The translations under genes and the position numbers were made by a program. This document shows positions 48,122 through 57,056 of a stretch of 64,000 nucleotides of DNA, one piece after another (the stretch's first letter is position 1; every line of letters starts with the position of its first letter). The notes beneath the pieces were generated by a model. That model made no database searches. It was given only the letters and a program-made list of their open reading frames with translations, and was not told the origin of the DNA. The stretch is from Alphaproteobacteria bacterium (GTDB lineage: Bacteria > Pseudomonadota > Alphaproteobacteria > Bin95): positions 2,086,205 to 2,150,204 of the forward strand of contig CBDAVA010000003.1 of the NCBI GenBank assembly GCA_965200785.1, read 5' to 3'.

Positions 48122-48864
48122 GGCTGTGATCCGATCCGGTCCAGCCGGTCGATCTCGCGCTCATCGGCGTCGAGGTCGGCCAGCAGGCCGGTCGCCGTCT
48201 TGTTGAAGGCGGCCAGGGACTCCGGCGCGTCCTCAATATCGACAGCATTGCCTTCCGCCATAGCCAGCAGCGAGGTGTCGTAGAGCCTGAGCATCCTGAG
48301 CGCGGGGAGAAACACCCAGTTGGAAAACAGGAAAATGAGAAACAAGCTCGCCACCAGCACGCCCGCAGCGATACCAAACACGGCGATGGTGGCGCGTTCG
48401 CGCAACGGCGCCCGATGCCTGACCTCGCTCTCCAGCAACACGCCCCCGACCGTCTTGCCGAAATTATTGACAAGCCGGCTGCCGACCATGACCGCGTGCT
48501 TATCCGCCTCGACCCAGAGCGCCTCGTCGGACCATGTCTTCATCACCGTGCCGACATCCGTCGGGTCGGTGGAGAAGAGGACCCGGTTATCCGCGTCGAA
48601 GACGAGCAGGCGGTCGATGTCGGGGTCCGCCGCCTGCGTCCGGTCGAGAAATTCGGCGATCTCCGGTATCGTCTGGAGTTGCAGGCCCAAATCAGTTCGC
48701 ACCGTGATGGCGTGTGCAATCTCATCGACGGTGAAACTGAAGTGAGACGCCTTGAGGGCTTGAAGCTCCCGGTCGAACATGCCGAGCGCGGCATTGACGA
48801 CAAGCGCCAGCGAAAGCGCAGCGCCGACCAGAAGCCCCAGTCCGAGCTTGATCCGCAGTCTCAT
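48118..48864 (-). CDS. Stand-alone periplasmic sensor + TM + HAMP stub protein (paralog family).
   Basis: 248 aa, with TM, a periplasmic domain carrying the ADPDIDRLLVFDADNRVLFS and LVNNFGKTVGG motifs, a second TM, and a HAMP-like tail. Confidence 0.6.
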   Translation of the reverse strand: MRLRIKLGLGLLVGAALSLALVVNAALGMFDRELQALKASHFSFTVDEIAHAITVRTDLGLQLQTIPEIAEFLDRTQAADPDIDRLLVFDADNRVLFSTDPTDVGTVMKTWSDEALWVEADKHAVMVGSRLVNNFGKTVGGVLLESEVRHRAPLRERATIAVFGIAAGVLVASLFLIFLFSNWVFLPALRMLRLYDTSLLAMAEGNAVDIEDAPESLAAFNKTATGLLADLDADEREIDRLDRIGSQP

Positions 48865-48954
48865 CCTGACCGGTCAATCCCGCCGCCTGAAGATGCAACG
48901 ACTATAGCGCGTCGTCTCAACCGCGCCAGTATCCATTTGAGGCCGGAACCGTCT

Positions 48955-50535
48955 TTATCGCGAGGCGCTGCCCGCTTCCGCGTCCCAGCAAGCGCCGATC
49001 CCCCGCTCGCGCAACTCGTGGCGGGCAATTTCGTTCTTCGTCATCGTGCGGGGGAAACTGTCCACGAACTCGATATATCGCGGCGCCTTGAAATAGGCGA
49101 TTCGTTCGCGGCACCAGGCGACCAGCGCGTGCGGCTCCACAGACGCCGAGAGCTGCACATAGGCCTTGATGTCCTCCTCGCCGAGGTCGGAGGGCACGCC
49201 CACGCAGGCGCAATCCAGCACTGCCTCATGCGCCGTGATGGCCTTCTCCACCTCGAACGCCGATACATTCTCCCCCCGCCGGCGAATCCAGTGCGCCTCG
49301 CGGCCGACAAAATGGACATAGCCCTCGCTGTCGAGAGAGCCCAGATCGCCCGAGTGGTACCAGAGATTGCGCCAGGCTGAGAGCGTTGCCTCCGGTTTGT
49401 TGATGTATTCGATCATGTAAGTGTTCGGCACTCGGGGCCGCAGCAGAAGCTGCCCGGTCTCGCCGGTCGGCACCGGGTTGTCGTTGTCATCGACGACCAG
49501 AATTTCAGCCCAGCCATGCGGCCGTCCGCATGTGCCGGCTTTGCGGTCCTGCAGGCGTTCGGAACAGATCAGCACGCCCATCTCCGTCATCGCATAGACC
49601 TCGAGCATCGGGATGGCGAAGCGCGCCTCGAATTCGTCGCGAAGCGCACGCCGGACCTGGCCCGACGCAATGCCGACACCAACCTTGACCCGATGCGAAC
49701 GGTCGAGGCCGCTCTCCGGGCGGCGCAACAGCACAGACATCATCGTGCCCAACGGGTCGATGATCGTCGCGCCGTGGCGATGCACGGTTTCCCAATAGCG
49801 CGACGCGCTGAACCATTTGTGCATGACGCCGGTCATGCCGGTATAGAGCGGGCCGGTGACGCCGAATTGCTGTCCGCCGATATGGAAGAAATGCGAATTC
49901 GCAAAATGCACATCTTCCGGTCCTGCCTCAGCAATCTCCGCATAGCGCATGGCAGCTGCGACATAATAGAGATGGGGCACGAGCACGCCTTTCGGCATGG
50001 AGGTGCTGCCGCCGGTATAGACGATGGCCGCCGGGTCGCTCGGCTCTATCTGAGCGTCCGGGCGGCTTTCCGAGCCGGTCAGCAGGTCTTCCCAGACGCC
50101 GTATCCCGCGCGGGGCGCCCCGTGGACCAGAATCGTCGGAGGGGATGCAAACCGCTCCGCCGCCGCCTCGCAGACATCCATCAGCTCATCGTCGGCCACC
50201 AGCAGTTTCGCGCCGGTATCGTTCAGGCTGTAGGCGAGGTCATCCCGGGCGAGCGACACGTTCAGCGCTGCGTAAACGACTCCGAGCTTGGCGCAGGCGA
50301 ACCAGATAACCGCCTGCGCCAGAGAGTTGTACATGAAGGTCGCAACGACATCGCCCTTGCCGAGGCCGAGTTCAGCGAGCCGGTTGGCGGCGCGGTTTGA
50401 AAGCCGGTCCGCATCGGCGTAAGTCAGCGTCTCGTCCCGGCAGATCAGCAGGGGTTTGCCGCCCAGCGCCGCCCGCATCGTCACCAGGTCTCCGAGGGTG
50501 GCCGCATGCGGCGTCTCGCCCATGATACGGATCAT
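48955..50535 (-). CDS. ATP-dependent acyl-CoA ligase (class I adenylate-forming, CaiC-like).
   Basis: AMP-binding motifs are present (YTGGSTSMPKGV, …GYVHFVGR…). It overlaps the upstream gene by 4 nt. Confidence 0.8.
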   Translation of the reverse strand: MIRIMGETPHAATLGDLVTMRAALGGKPLLICRDETLTYADADRLSNRAANRLAELGLGKGDVVATFMYNSLAQAVIWFACAKLGVVYAALNVSLARDDLAYSLNDTGAKLLVADDELMDVCEAAAERFASPPTILVHGAPRAGYGVWEDLLTGSESRPDAQIEPSDPAAIVYTGGSTSMPKGVLVPHLYYVAAAMRYAEIAEAGPEDVHFANSHFFHIGGQQFGVTGPLYTGMTGVMHKWFSASRYWETVHRHGATIIDPLGTMMSVLLRRPESGLDRSHRVKVGVGIASGQVRRALRDEFEARFAIPMLEVYAMTEMGVLICSERLQDRKAGTCGRPHGWAEILVVDDNDNPVPTGETGQLLLRPRVPNTYMIEYINKPEATLSAWRNLWYHSGDLGSLDSEGYVHFVGREAHWIRRRGENVSAFEVEKAITAHEAVLDCACVGVPSDLGEEDIKAYVQLSASVEPHALVAWCRERIAYFKAPRYIEFVDSFPRTMTKNEIARHELRERGIGACWDAEAGSASR

Positions 50536-52241
50536 CGCTCTGTTCTCCGGTCGAGCATCGGTGCGGGTTTGCGAAATGGCGGGCGCGCGCCGTCAACACG
50601 CCAGGGCGCGGCGACCAGATGTTCCTTGCCGGTGACAGGGTGATGCGCCTCGATCCAGCCGGAGCATCCGGCGAACACCGGCGACGCGTCGGTGTCGTCC
50701 AGTTCGATCACCGCCTCCGTCATCGGCTGCGGGGAGCCGGCGACCGGCGCGGCGGCAAGCGTGGCGGCGGCCTCGATCTGGGAGAGGTCGAGCGCCCTCC
50801 CCTGCCCGTCGCGGTCTCCGGCGATCAGGGCCGCCAGCGCCGACAGCGCGCCGAAACAGGCGGCGTTGGGATCGCTGATCGAGAATGTCGGCGAACCGAG
50901 AAATGCGCCGCTGTCATCGCGAATCGGCATTTCCGCGCCGCCCAGCGCGCTCAGCACCAGACCGTATGAGCGCAGCCGCTCCACCGCGGAGCCCTTGCCG
51001 GGTCCGCTCATGGACAGGCAGACAAGGCCCGGATTGGCTTCGGCCAGCACCTCGTGCCCGAGGCCCATGCGGTCCATCGTCCCGACGGTGAAGTTTTCGA
51101 TCAACAAGTCCGCCCGCGCGGCCAGCTCCAGCAGGCGGGCCCGGCCTTGGTCCGATTTGAGGTCGAGGGAAAGTCCGCTCTTGTTGCGGTTCAGGCTGTG
51201 GAAATAGAGGGAGCTCTCGAGTCGTATGCGCTCGTCCATGTCTCCCCGGCGATGCTCCAGACCGCGCGTGCGGTAGAGGTCGAAACGGTCGGGAGATTCG
51301 ACCTTGATGACCTCCGCACCCAGGTCGGCCAGGATTTGCCCGACCATCGGCCCGGACCAGACCCAGCAGAGCTCGATGCAGAGCAGCCCCTCCAGCGGCC
51401 CCGCCGGGCCGCCCCGCCTGCGCGTCCGGCATCCGGCGGCCACCCTCTCGCCGAGCGGTTTCGCCAGGAACGGCATGGCCGGCTTCTCGAAACCGGAACG
51501 AAAGACGCCCCGCGCCAGCGCCTCCTGATAGCTGTAAACGGGCGCGATGACGGCGCCTTTCTCCAGGCCCTGCGCCAGCAGGTCGTCCCGCATCCGGTCC
51601 GCCAGCACCGCCTCGAGCAGCGCATCCGCCTCGGCGCTTTGCTTCGCGAGTGCAAAGGGGTTGTCAAAGCCCGGCTGCCGCGCCCATTCCGGGTCGCCCA
51701 GCGCCGTGGCGATCCGCCGCCAGTCGCGCCGGGAGCGCCCGAGCAGGGCGACATGGCCGTCGCGGCAGGCGAAGAACCCCATCGGGAAGATACCGCCATG
51801 CTCCACGCAGACGCGGCCGTTGCGTTTCCAGAGCCGGCGGCGTTCCTCCGGAGTGCCGGAGTTCTGGAGCGCGAAGGCCCGCATGACATCGGCCGCGGAC
51901 ACATCATAGTCCGGGATACCCGCCCCGGCCCCGCGCCAGGTCTCGGCGAGCGCGAGGACGGCTCCGACCAGTCCGCACCATTTTTCCGGCATGTCGGCCG
52001 GCAACGGGATGCCCGGACCGCCGGCGTGACCGATCGCCGCTGCCGGGCCGGCAACGGCGGAGGCGTCCGCGCCGCTGCCCTGCATACCGACCTGAAAGTC
52101 CCACAGCCTTATTCGGGGGCCGCCGGGCGCCGGCTCCCCGCCGGCCATGGCCAGCCAGGCTTCGGCATAGGCGCGTGCGCGCCCCGCGCCCTCGAACGAG
52201 ACCGGAACCCCGCCCACCGGCAGGCGGCGCATTCCCGTCAC
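50532..52241 (-). CDS. Family III CoA-transferase (CaiB/BaiF)-like protein with an apparently permuted domain order.
   Basis: Residues ~290-569 match the CaiB N-terminal Rossmann lobe (GLLCIELCWVWSGPMVGQILADLGAEVIKVE…). Residues ~100-275 match the CaiB C-terminal region (FFACRDGHVALLG…LGDPEWA…GAVIAPVYSYQEALA). The GTG start overlaps the maoC-like stop. Confidence 0.7.
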   Translation of the reverse strand: MTGMRRLPVGGVPVSFEGAGRARAYAEAWLAMAGGEPAPGGPRIRLWDFQVGMQGSGADASAVAGPAAAIGHAGGPGIPLPADMPEKWCGLVGAVLALAETWRGAGAGIPDYDVSAADVMRAFALQNSGTPEERRRLWKRNGRVCVEHGGIFPMGFFACRDGHVALLGRSRRDWRRIATALGDPEWARQPGFDNPFALAKQSAEADALLEAVLADRMRDDLLAQGLEKGAVIAPVYSYQEALARGVFRSGFEKPAMPFLAKPLGERVAAGCRTRRRGGPAGPLEGLLCIELCWVWSGPMVGQILADLGAEVIKVESPDRFDLYRTRGLEHRRGDMDERIRLESSLYFHSLNRNKSGLSLDLKSDQGRARLLELAARADLLIENFTVGTMDRMGLGHEVLAEANPGLVCLSMSGPGKGSAVERLRSYGLVLSALGGAEMPIRDDSGAFLGSPTFSISDPNAACFGALSALAALIAGDRDGQGRALDLSQIEAAATLAAAPVAGSPQPMTEAVIELDDTDASPVFAGCSGWIEAHHPVTGKEHLVAAPWRVDGARPPFRKPAPMLDRRTER

Positions 52242-53383
52242 GAGAGCGGCAGGGGCACCGGCCCCGTTCTGCGCGACGGCAGCGCCGCCGTCGCGGTTCC
52301 AAGCGCCGAGACAATATCCGTCTGGTTTCGGGCCTCGACATCGAGATCGACAAGCATGACGCCGGCCGCCTCACGCTTGGCCGACACCCTGCCCCGCCAT
52401 CGGATGGTGTCCCCCACCAGATTGGGGCGGCGCACCGAAACATTCAGCCGATGCAGAAAGCCGTGGTCGCCGATCCAGTTGGTCAGCATATGCTGCGCCC
52501 AGGCGATGCGCTGCGGGCCGACATCATAGGCTCCGCCCATGCCCACATCGCGGCCCGTGGCAGCCTCCAGATGGCCGCGGCCGGCGGCGTCCTTGGCGCC
52601 TGTCTCCGGATTGATGTGATAGTCGTCATGGCGCCGGCGGTAGCGCAGCGCGTCTCCATGCGCCCCGCCATAGGGCATGGCCCCCTGTGTCGCCGCATAC
52701 CAGGCGACGATATCCGTGATGGTGAGCGGCCCCTTGACGACTTGCGGCACAGCGTCGCCGACAGCGACATCCTCCCAGTAGAGCGGCTCCGGCCCCCGGC
52801 GGCGCTCGGCCAGCACCTCGCGCTCGATATCGTCGAGCTCCTGCCGCGTATAGCGATAGGCCGCCGGAACCGCCATGCCGCCGCCCTTTTCGGCTTTCAG
52901 CCGGTCGCCGCGCGGCGTGCGCGCCACCTGGCCGATTGCCCTGGCAAGGCGCCGGCCGCTGCTGTCGCGATAGTCCACCTCGCCGGTCTGCAGCACCCAC
53001 CGCGCAAAGCGCCGGCCCGACTTCATCTCCTGGCGCACCAGCCGCGCGTCGACCCGGAAACGGGTGTCGAGGCGGATATGGTCGAACCAGGTGAAGTCGG
53101 TCCCTGCATAGATCCACTGCACGCCGGAAAGTTTGGGCGCGACGATGGTCATATCCGCAGCGTAGAGGATGCAGGGCGGCGCGATTATGCCGCCGGCGGG
53201 CGTTGTCCGGGCGTAGCCGGCGTCCAGCCAGAGCGGGTTGTCATCCCCGACACCCCAGGCGAAATGGCGGATGGCGTCGCGCGTGGCCGTTTCGATCCAT
53301 TGCAGCCGGGAACGGCGCAGCGGTTTGCCGATCAGGGCGGCCGCTTCCGCAAGGCGTTCCTCTGTGATCTCCCCCCAGGACAC
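52238..53383 (-). CDS. Double hot-dog dehydratase (MaoC N-terminal domain + MaoC-like R-specific enoyl-CoA hydratase domain).
   Basis: 381 aa with hot-dog fold motifs in both halves (…GAHGDALRYR…). GTG start at 53383. Confidence 0.8.
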   Translation of the reverse strand: MSWGEITEERLAEAAALIGKPLRRSRLQWIETATRDAIRHFAWGVGDDNPLWLDAGYARTTPAGGIIAPPCILYAADMTIVAPKLSGVQWIYAGTDFTWFDHIRLDTRFRVDARLVRQEMKSGRRFARWVLQTGEVDYRDSSGRRLARAIGQVARTPRGDRLKAEKGGGMAVPAAYRYTRQELDDIEREVLAERRRGPEPLYWEDVAVGDAVPQVVKGPLTITDIVAWYAATQGAMPYGGAHGDALRYRRRHDDYHINPETGAKDAAGRGHLEAATGRDVGMGGAYDVGPQRIAWAQHMLTNWIGDHGFLHRLNVSVRRPNLVGDTIRWRGRVSAKREAAGVMLVDLDVEARNQTDIVSALGTATAALPSRRTGPVPLPLS

Positions 53384-53390
53384 CGGGCCG

Positions 53391-54476
53391 CTACTCGGCG
53401 GCGCGGAGCGGCTGCCTGGCCATGCCCATCCGTTTCAACTCCGGCAGCACTTCGGCGGCGAACAGGCGCAGCATGTCGAGCGTTCGTTCGACGCCGTAAT
53501 AGGGCGGATAGTGGATCATCAGCGAGGTCGTCCCGACATCGCGAAACGCCTCGGCCTTGCGCAGCACCGTATCGGGCGAGCCGTGCAGGATGGTGTCCTT
53601 CACCAGATGCTCATAGGCGAACTGGCTCTCATCCGCCTTCTCGGTGACATCGCCCAGATAGCGCCCGACCGCGCCGCTCAGAAAGGTCTTCATATGGTGG
53701 GTGATGCCGGCTTCGCTTTCTTCGCGCGCCTTCGCATCTGTTGGCGCCACATAGGCCATGCGCACCACATCCACCTGCCCGAAAGCGGGGTTGGCATTGA
53801 GCGGCGCCGGGGCCTCCGGCATGTGGTCGCGGTATAGCGCGACATGCTCGCCGATGGTTGCGGCCGAAGGCAGGGAGGACTGCATCAGGCCGAAGCCGTT
53901 GCGCGCCGCCATCCGGATCGAGCCGGGCGTGCCGGCGGCCATGTAGAACGGCGGATGCGGCTGCTGGACCGGCTGCGGGAAAATCTCGTGTATGTCGTCC
54001 ATCGCGAAACGGAAATATTTGCCGTCGCTGTTGACGCGCTTCTTGTGAAACCCGTCCAGAATCAGCGGAATCGCCTCCGCCTGGATTTCGCGGCGTTCCT
54101 CGTAATCAATGCCGAGGCCCTGGAACTCGTAGGGGCGGTAGCCGGAGCCGAGGCCGAGCCGGAAGCGCCCATTGCTCAGGATGTCCACAAAGGCTGCGTT
54201 CTCGACGATCCGCATGGGATGGTGCAGGGGCACGACCATGACGGCGGCGCCAAGCTCGATTGTTGTGGTCTTCGCCGCCAGGTAGGACAGATAGCTGAAC
54301 GGGTCGGGCAGGATGCCGTATTTGTTGGAAAAGTGGTGTTCGGCAATCCACACGCCGTCGAAGCCGAGCGCCTCGGCTTCGAGGATCTCGCGGGTGGTGC
54401 GCTCATGGATGCCCCGATGCGGATACGGCTCCGACTTCGGGTCCGGATGCGAGGTGAAGAGAATCCCGACCTTCAT
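53391..54476 (-). CDS. LLM-class (luciferase-like) flavin-dependent oxidoreductase.
   Basis: The 361-aa product MKVGILF…WIAEHHF… has LLM family features. The rest of ORF 53391-55166 is a spurious 5' extension running through the tRNA-Ser gene. Confidence 0.85.
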   Translation of the reverse strand: MKVGILFTSHPDPKSEPYPHRGIHERTTREILEAEALGFDGVWIAEHHFSNKYGILPDPFSYLSYLAAKTTTIELGAAVMVVPLHHPMRIVENAAFVDILSNGRFRLGLGSGYRPYEFQGLGIDYEERREIQAEAIPLILDGFHKKRVNSDGKYFRFAMDDIHEIFPQPVQQPHPPFYMAAGTPGSIRMAARNGFGLMQSSLPSAATIGEHVALYRDHMPEAPAPLNANPAFGQVDVVRMAYVAPTDAKAREESEAGITHHMKTFLSGAVGRYLGDVTEKADESQFAYEHLVKDTILHGSPDTVLRKAEAFRDVGTTSLMIHYPPYYGVERTLDMLRLFAAEVLPELKRMGMARQPLRAAE

Positions 54477-54578
54477 GGGAGGCGCGCCTTTCGTAATCCG
54501 ACCTTGTTCCAGAACAGCCATCCTAGCAGGATGGGGCAAGAGCCGCACGGGGCCAACACAAGGCCGGCCCCCGATGCC

Positions 54579-54668
54579 GGATGGGTGGCAGAGCGGTTGA
54601 ATGCACCGGTCTTGAAAACCGGCGTGGGCGCAAGCCCACCGTGGGTTCGAATCCCACCCCATCCGCCA
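54579..54668 (+). tRNA. tRNA-Ser (anticodon TGA), with a long variable arm.
   Basis: Manual fold with acceptor GGATGGG/CCCATCC, anticodon stem CCGGU/ACCGG with loop CUUGAAA, an 18-nt variable arm, T-arm GTGGG-TTCGAAT-CCCAC and an encoded CCA. Confidence 0.9.
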
Positions 54669-54944
54669 AAATCGAGCCCCGCATGTTCCCGAATATTGCT
54701 CATAAATAGCTGATTTAAAACAATATTCCCCCTCTCTGTGAGCCTTGACATTCCCGTTAGACGCCGTACGTTCCCGCTTCGATTGAGGGGCGGTGCGGGG
54801 GTATTGGAATCGGTGGCTATCCGGCTGTCTCACTCGCGAAAGCGCCGCGGCTTGCCGAGGTTCGGCAATATGAGCCTTGACCGTATCCGGCGCGCGGATG
54901 TTCTGGCGGTGCTGACGCCGATATGGACAGAAAAGTCGGAAACC

Positions 54945-55168
54945 GCCCGCCGCGTCCGGCGTCGCCCCGGACCCCCTGTTGTCGCGCCGGACGCCCCTAC
55001 TGTCGCCTCCGATCCTTCCGCAGGGCCGAGACGGCGGAGGACGGCCCCCGGCGCTCCGTTCTGCTCCAGCCGGGGAGACGACAAGGGAGGCGATATAAGC
55101 GGCGCGGCGCGGAGGCGCGTTCCGAAAAACCCGCCAGCTCGGGGCCTTCGTTGCAAACTGAGACATGA
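54945..55168 (-). repeat. Truncated copy of the dispersed GC-rich repeat (locus D, inverted), between tRNA-Ser and cueO.
   Basis: Reverse complement of the 5' part of the element (GTCTCAGTTTGCAACGAAGGCCCCGAGCTGGCGGGTTTTTCGGAACGCGCC…). The CTGGGCCCCGGCTCAAGGCCGGGG segment is deleted. Confidence 0.55.
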
Positions 55169-55214
55169 CCGGCGCGCAGTATCAATCATCCGGGTCACAA
55201 GGAGCATCAGACCA

Positions 55215-56702
55215 ATGCCACGGGGATTTTCGCGGCGGCAGTTCATTGCCGGCAGTACGGCTTTCATCGGTGCAAGTTACCTCCCCTATGGCTGGAGCAA
55301 GACGGCCTCATCCCGGTTACCGATACCGCGCCTGGTTGATGGCCGCGAGGGAAAGCCGGTTGAACTGAACATTCGAAATGGCGCCTGGTCTTTCAAGCCC
55401 GGTGTCAAGACACCAACACTAGGGTTCAGCCAAGATTACCTGGGGCCAACGATTCGAACCCGGCAATATAGCGAACTCAATTTGCATTACCAAAACACAC
55501 TGGCTGAAAGCGTGGCCGTACACGGTCACGGCTTGCATGTGCCTGGCGAGGTCGATGGCGGCCCGCAGCTGGCAATCGATCCCGGTGCTGACTGGCAACC
55601 CAGTTTATCCATCGTGCAGCCGGCGGCTACCTGTTGGTATCATTCCCATACTCACGGAAAAACTGGCGAACAAACTTATCGCGGACTTGCCGGCCTGATC
55701 ATCATTGATGACGAACAAGCCGATTCATTGCCGCTACCACGTCAATACGGCATCGATGATTTGCCTATTATCATCCAGGATCGAACCTTCGATGCACAAG
55801 GCCGTTTGGTCTATTCACTGCTGGACGCAGACGAGGATGGCTGGCTGGGTGACACTGTGGTCATCAACGGCGCAATAGCACCGGTTGCCAATGTGCCTGC
55901 CGGCAAAGTCCGGTTGCGACTTCTGAACGGTGCCAATGCGCGTTTTTATATCGTCGGCTTTGCCGACAACCGCACATTTTACAAGATAGCCAGTGACGGC
56001 GGCTTGCTGGAGGCGCCAGTGTCAATGACAAGTATGGAAATGTCACCGGGTGAGCGCTGCGAAATCATCGTTGATATGGCCGATGGTAAATCCGCCGAAC
56101 TGTTGACCTTGTTCGAAGACCAATTCGACGAGGAGGAAGGTGTTGTCGGAAGTTTGTTGGGCCTGTTTGACCGATCCAGGAGAGACCTTCCTCCGCCGTC
56201 TTTGACATTGATCGTTGACAACTCCCTGCCGGCGCATACTGCGCCGCTACCTGAGCAAATGGCCGCCATCATTCGCCCGCAACCAAAGGAAATAGTGCAA
56301 TCTCGCGACTTTATTCTGACTATGGAGAGCGGCGGCGGCAGTGGCCGGCATGGCGGCCATGCCGCCATGGATATGGCCATCAACGGTGCGGTGATGGATA
56401 TGAACGTCATTAATGAACGGGTTCCACGCGGCGTCTGGGAACGTTGGCGTATTCGGTCCGACCAAGGCGCACATCCGTTCCATGTGCACGGCTGTTCGTT
56501 CCTGATAGAGCGAATGGAAGGATCAGCGGCGCCGCCGGACCAACGAGGCTGGAAAGATATGGTGGTGCTGGATGACGACGACTGGTCGGAGATTGTCGTG
56601 CGTTTCGACTATCCGGCAACCGAGCAATATCCCTATATGTATCACTGCCACATTCTGGAACATGAGGATCGCGGCATGATGGGACAGTTCACCGTGGGTT
56701 GA
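55215..56702 (+). CDS. cueO: CueO-like multicopper oxidase (Tat-exported copper efflux oxidase).
   Basis: Aligns along its length to E. coli CueO (HGHGLHVPGEVDGGPQ, QPAATCWYHSHTHGKTG, HPFHVHG, HCHILEHEDRGMM) and has a Tat signal RRQFIAGS. The ATG at 55215 is preceded by AAGGAG. GC content is ~50%, against ~68% elsewhere in the window. Confidence 0.85.
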   Translation: MPRGFSRRQFIAGSTAFIGASYLPYGWSKTASSRLPIPRLVDGREGKPVELNIRNGAWSFKPGVKTPTLGFSQDYLGPTIRTRQYSELNLHYQNTLAESVAVHGHGLHVPGEVDGGPQLAIDPGADWQPSLSIVQPAATCWYHSHTHGKTGEQTYRGLAGLIIIDDEQADSLPLPRQYGIDDLPIIIQDRTFDAQGRLVYSLLDADEDGWLGDTVVINGAIAPVANVPAGKVRLRLLNGANARFYIVGFADNRTFYKIASDGGLLEAPVSMTSMEMSPGERCEIIVDMADGKSAELLTLFEDQFDEEEGVVGSLLGLFDRSRRDLPPPSLTLIVDNSLPAHTAPLPEQMAAIIRPQPKEIVQSRDFILTMESGGGSGRHGGHAAMDMAINGAVMDMNVINERVPRGVWERWRIRSDQGAHPFHVHGCSFLIERMEGSAAPPDQRGWKDMVVLDDDDWSEIVVRFDYPATEQYPYMYHCHILEHEDRGMMGQFTVG

Positions 56703-57056
56703 ACCCCGAAGATCGCGTGCCGGGGATGCAAAGGCGGTTTGGCGTTTCCGTGAAGGGCCGAAATTGGCACATATGTGCGACGGCCCCCCCTCCGCCGCAA
56801 TCGCCGGTGTGGTCCAAGGCGCAGGCGCTTCCGTCGCGCCGGAACTCGGCCGGGAGGCGGCCCGAACTGGCGGCGCGGCGGCGAAGCGGCTGCCTGCATC
56901 GTCGTCATGCACGCTCCAGCCGAGGCTGCTGCGTTCCGAGGGGCGCGGTCCGGTCCTCCATGCAACAGAAGCCCCATATGCGCAGGCCGGCAGCGTCAAT
57001 CGCGGCGTCGACGCTGCTGCAGCGCGGCTTCCCGATCCGTCAGACGCGGTCGCGGG

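Noticed and set aside
53391-55166. A 591-aa ORF extending the LLM oxidoreductase upstream through tRNA-Ser and the repeat remnant.
   Set aside because: The LLM protein is complete at 361 aa with an RBS-preceded ATG at 54476. The extension translates a tRNA gene and palindromic repeat.
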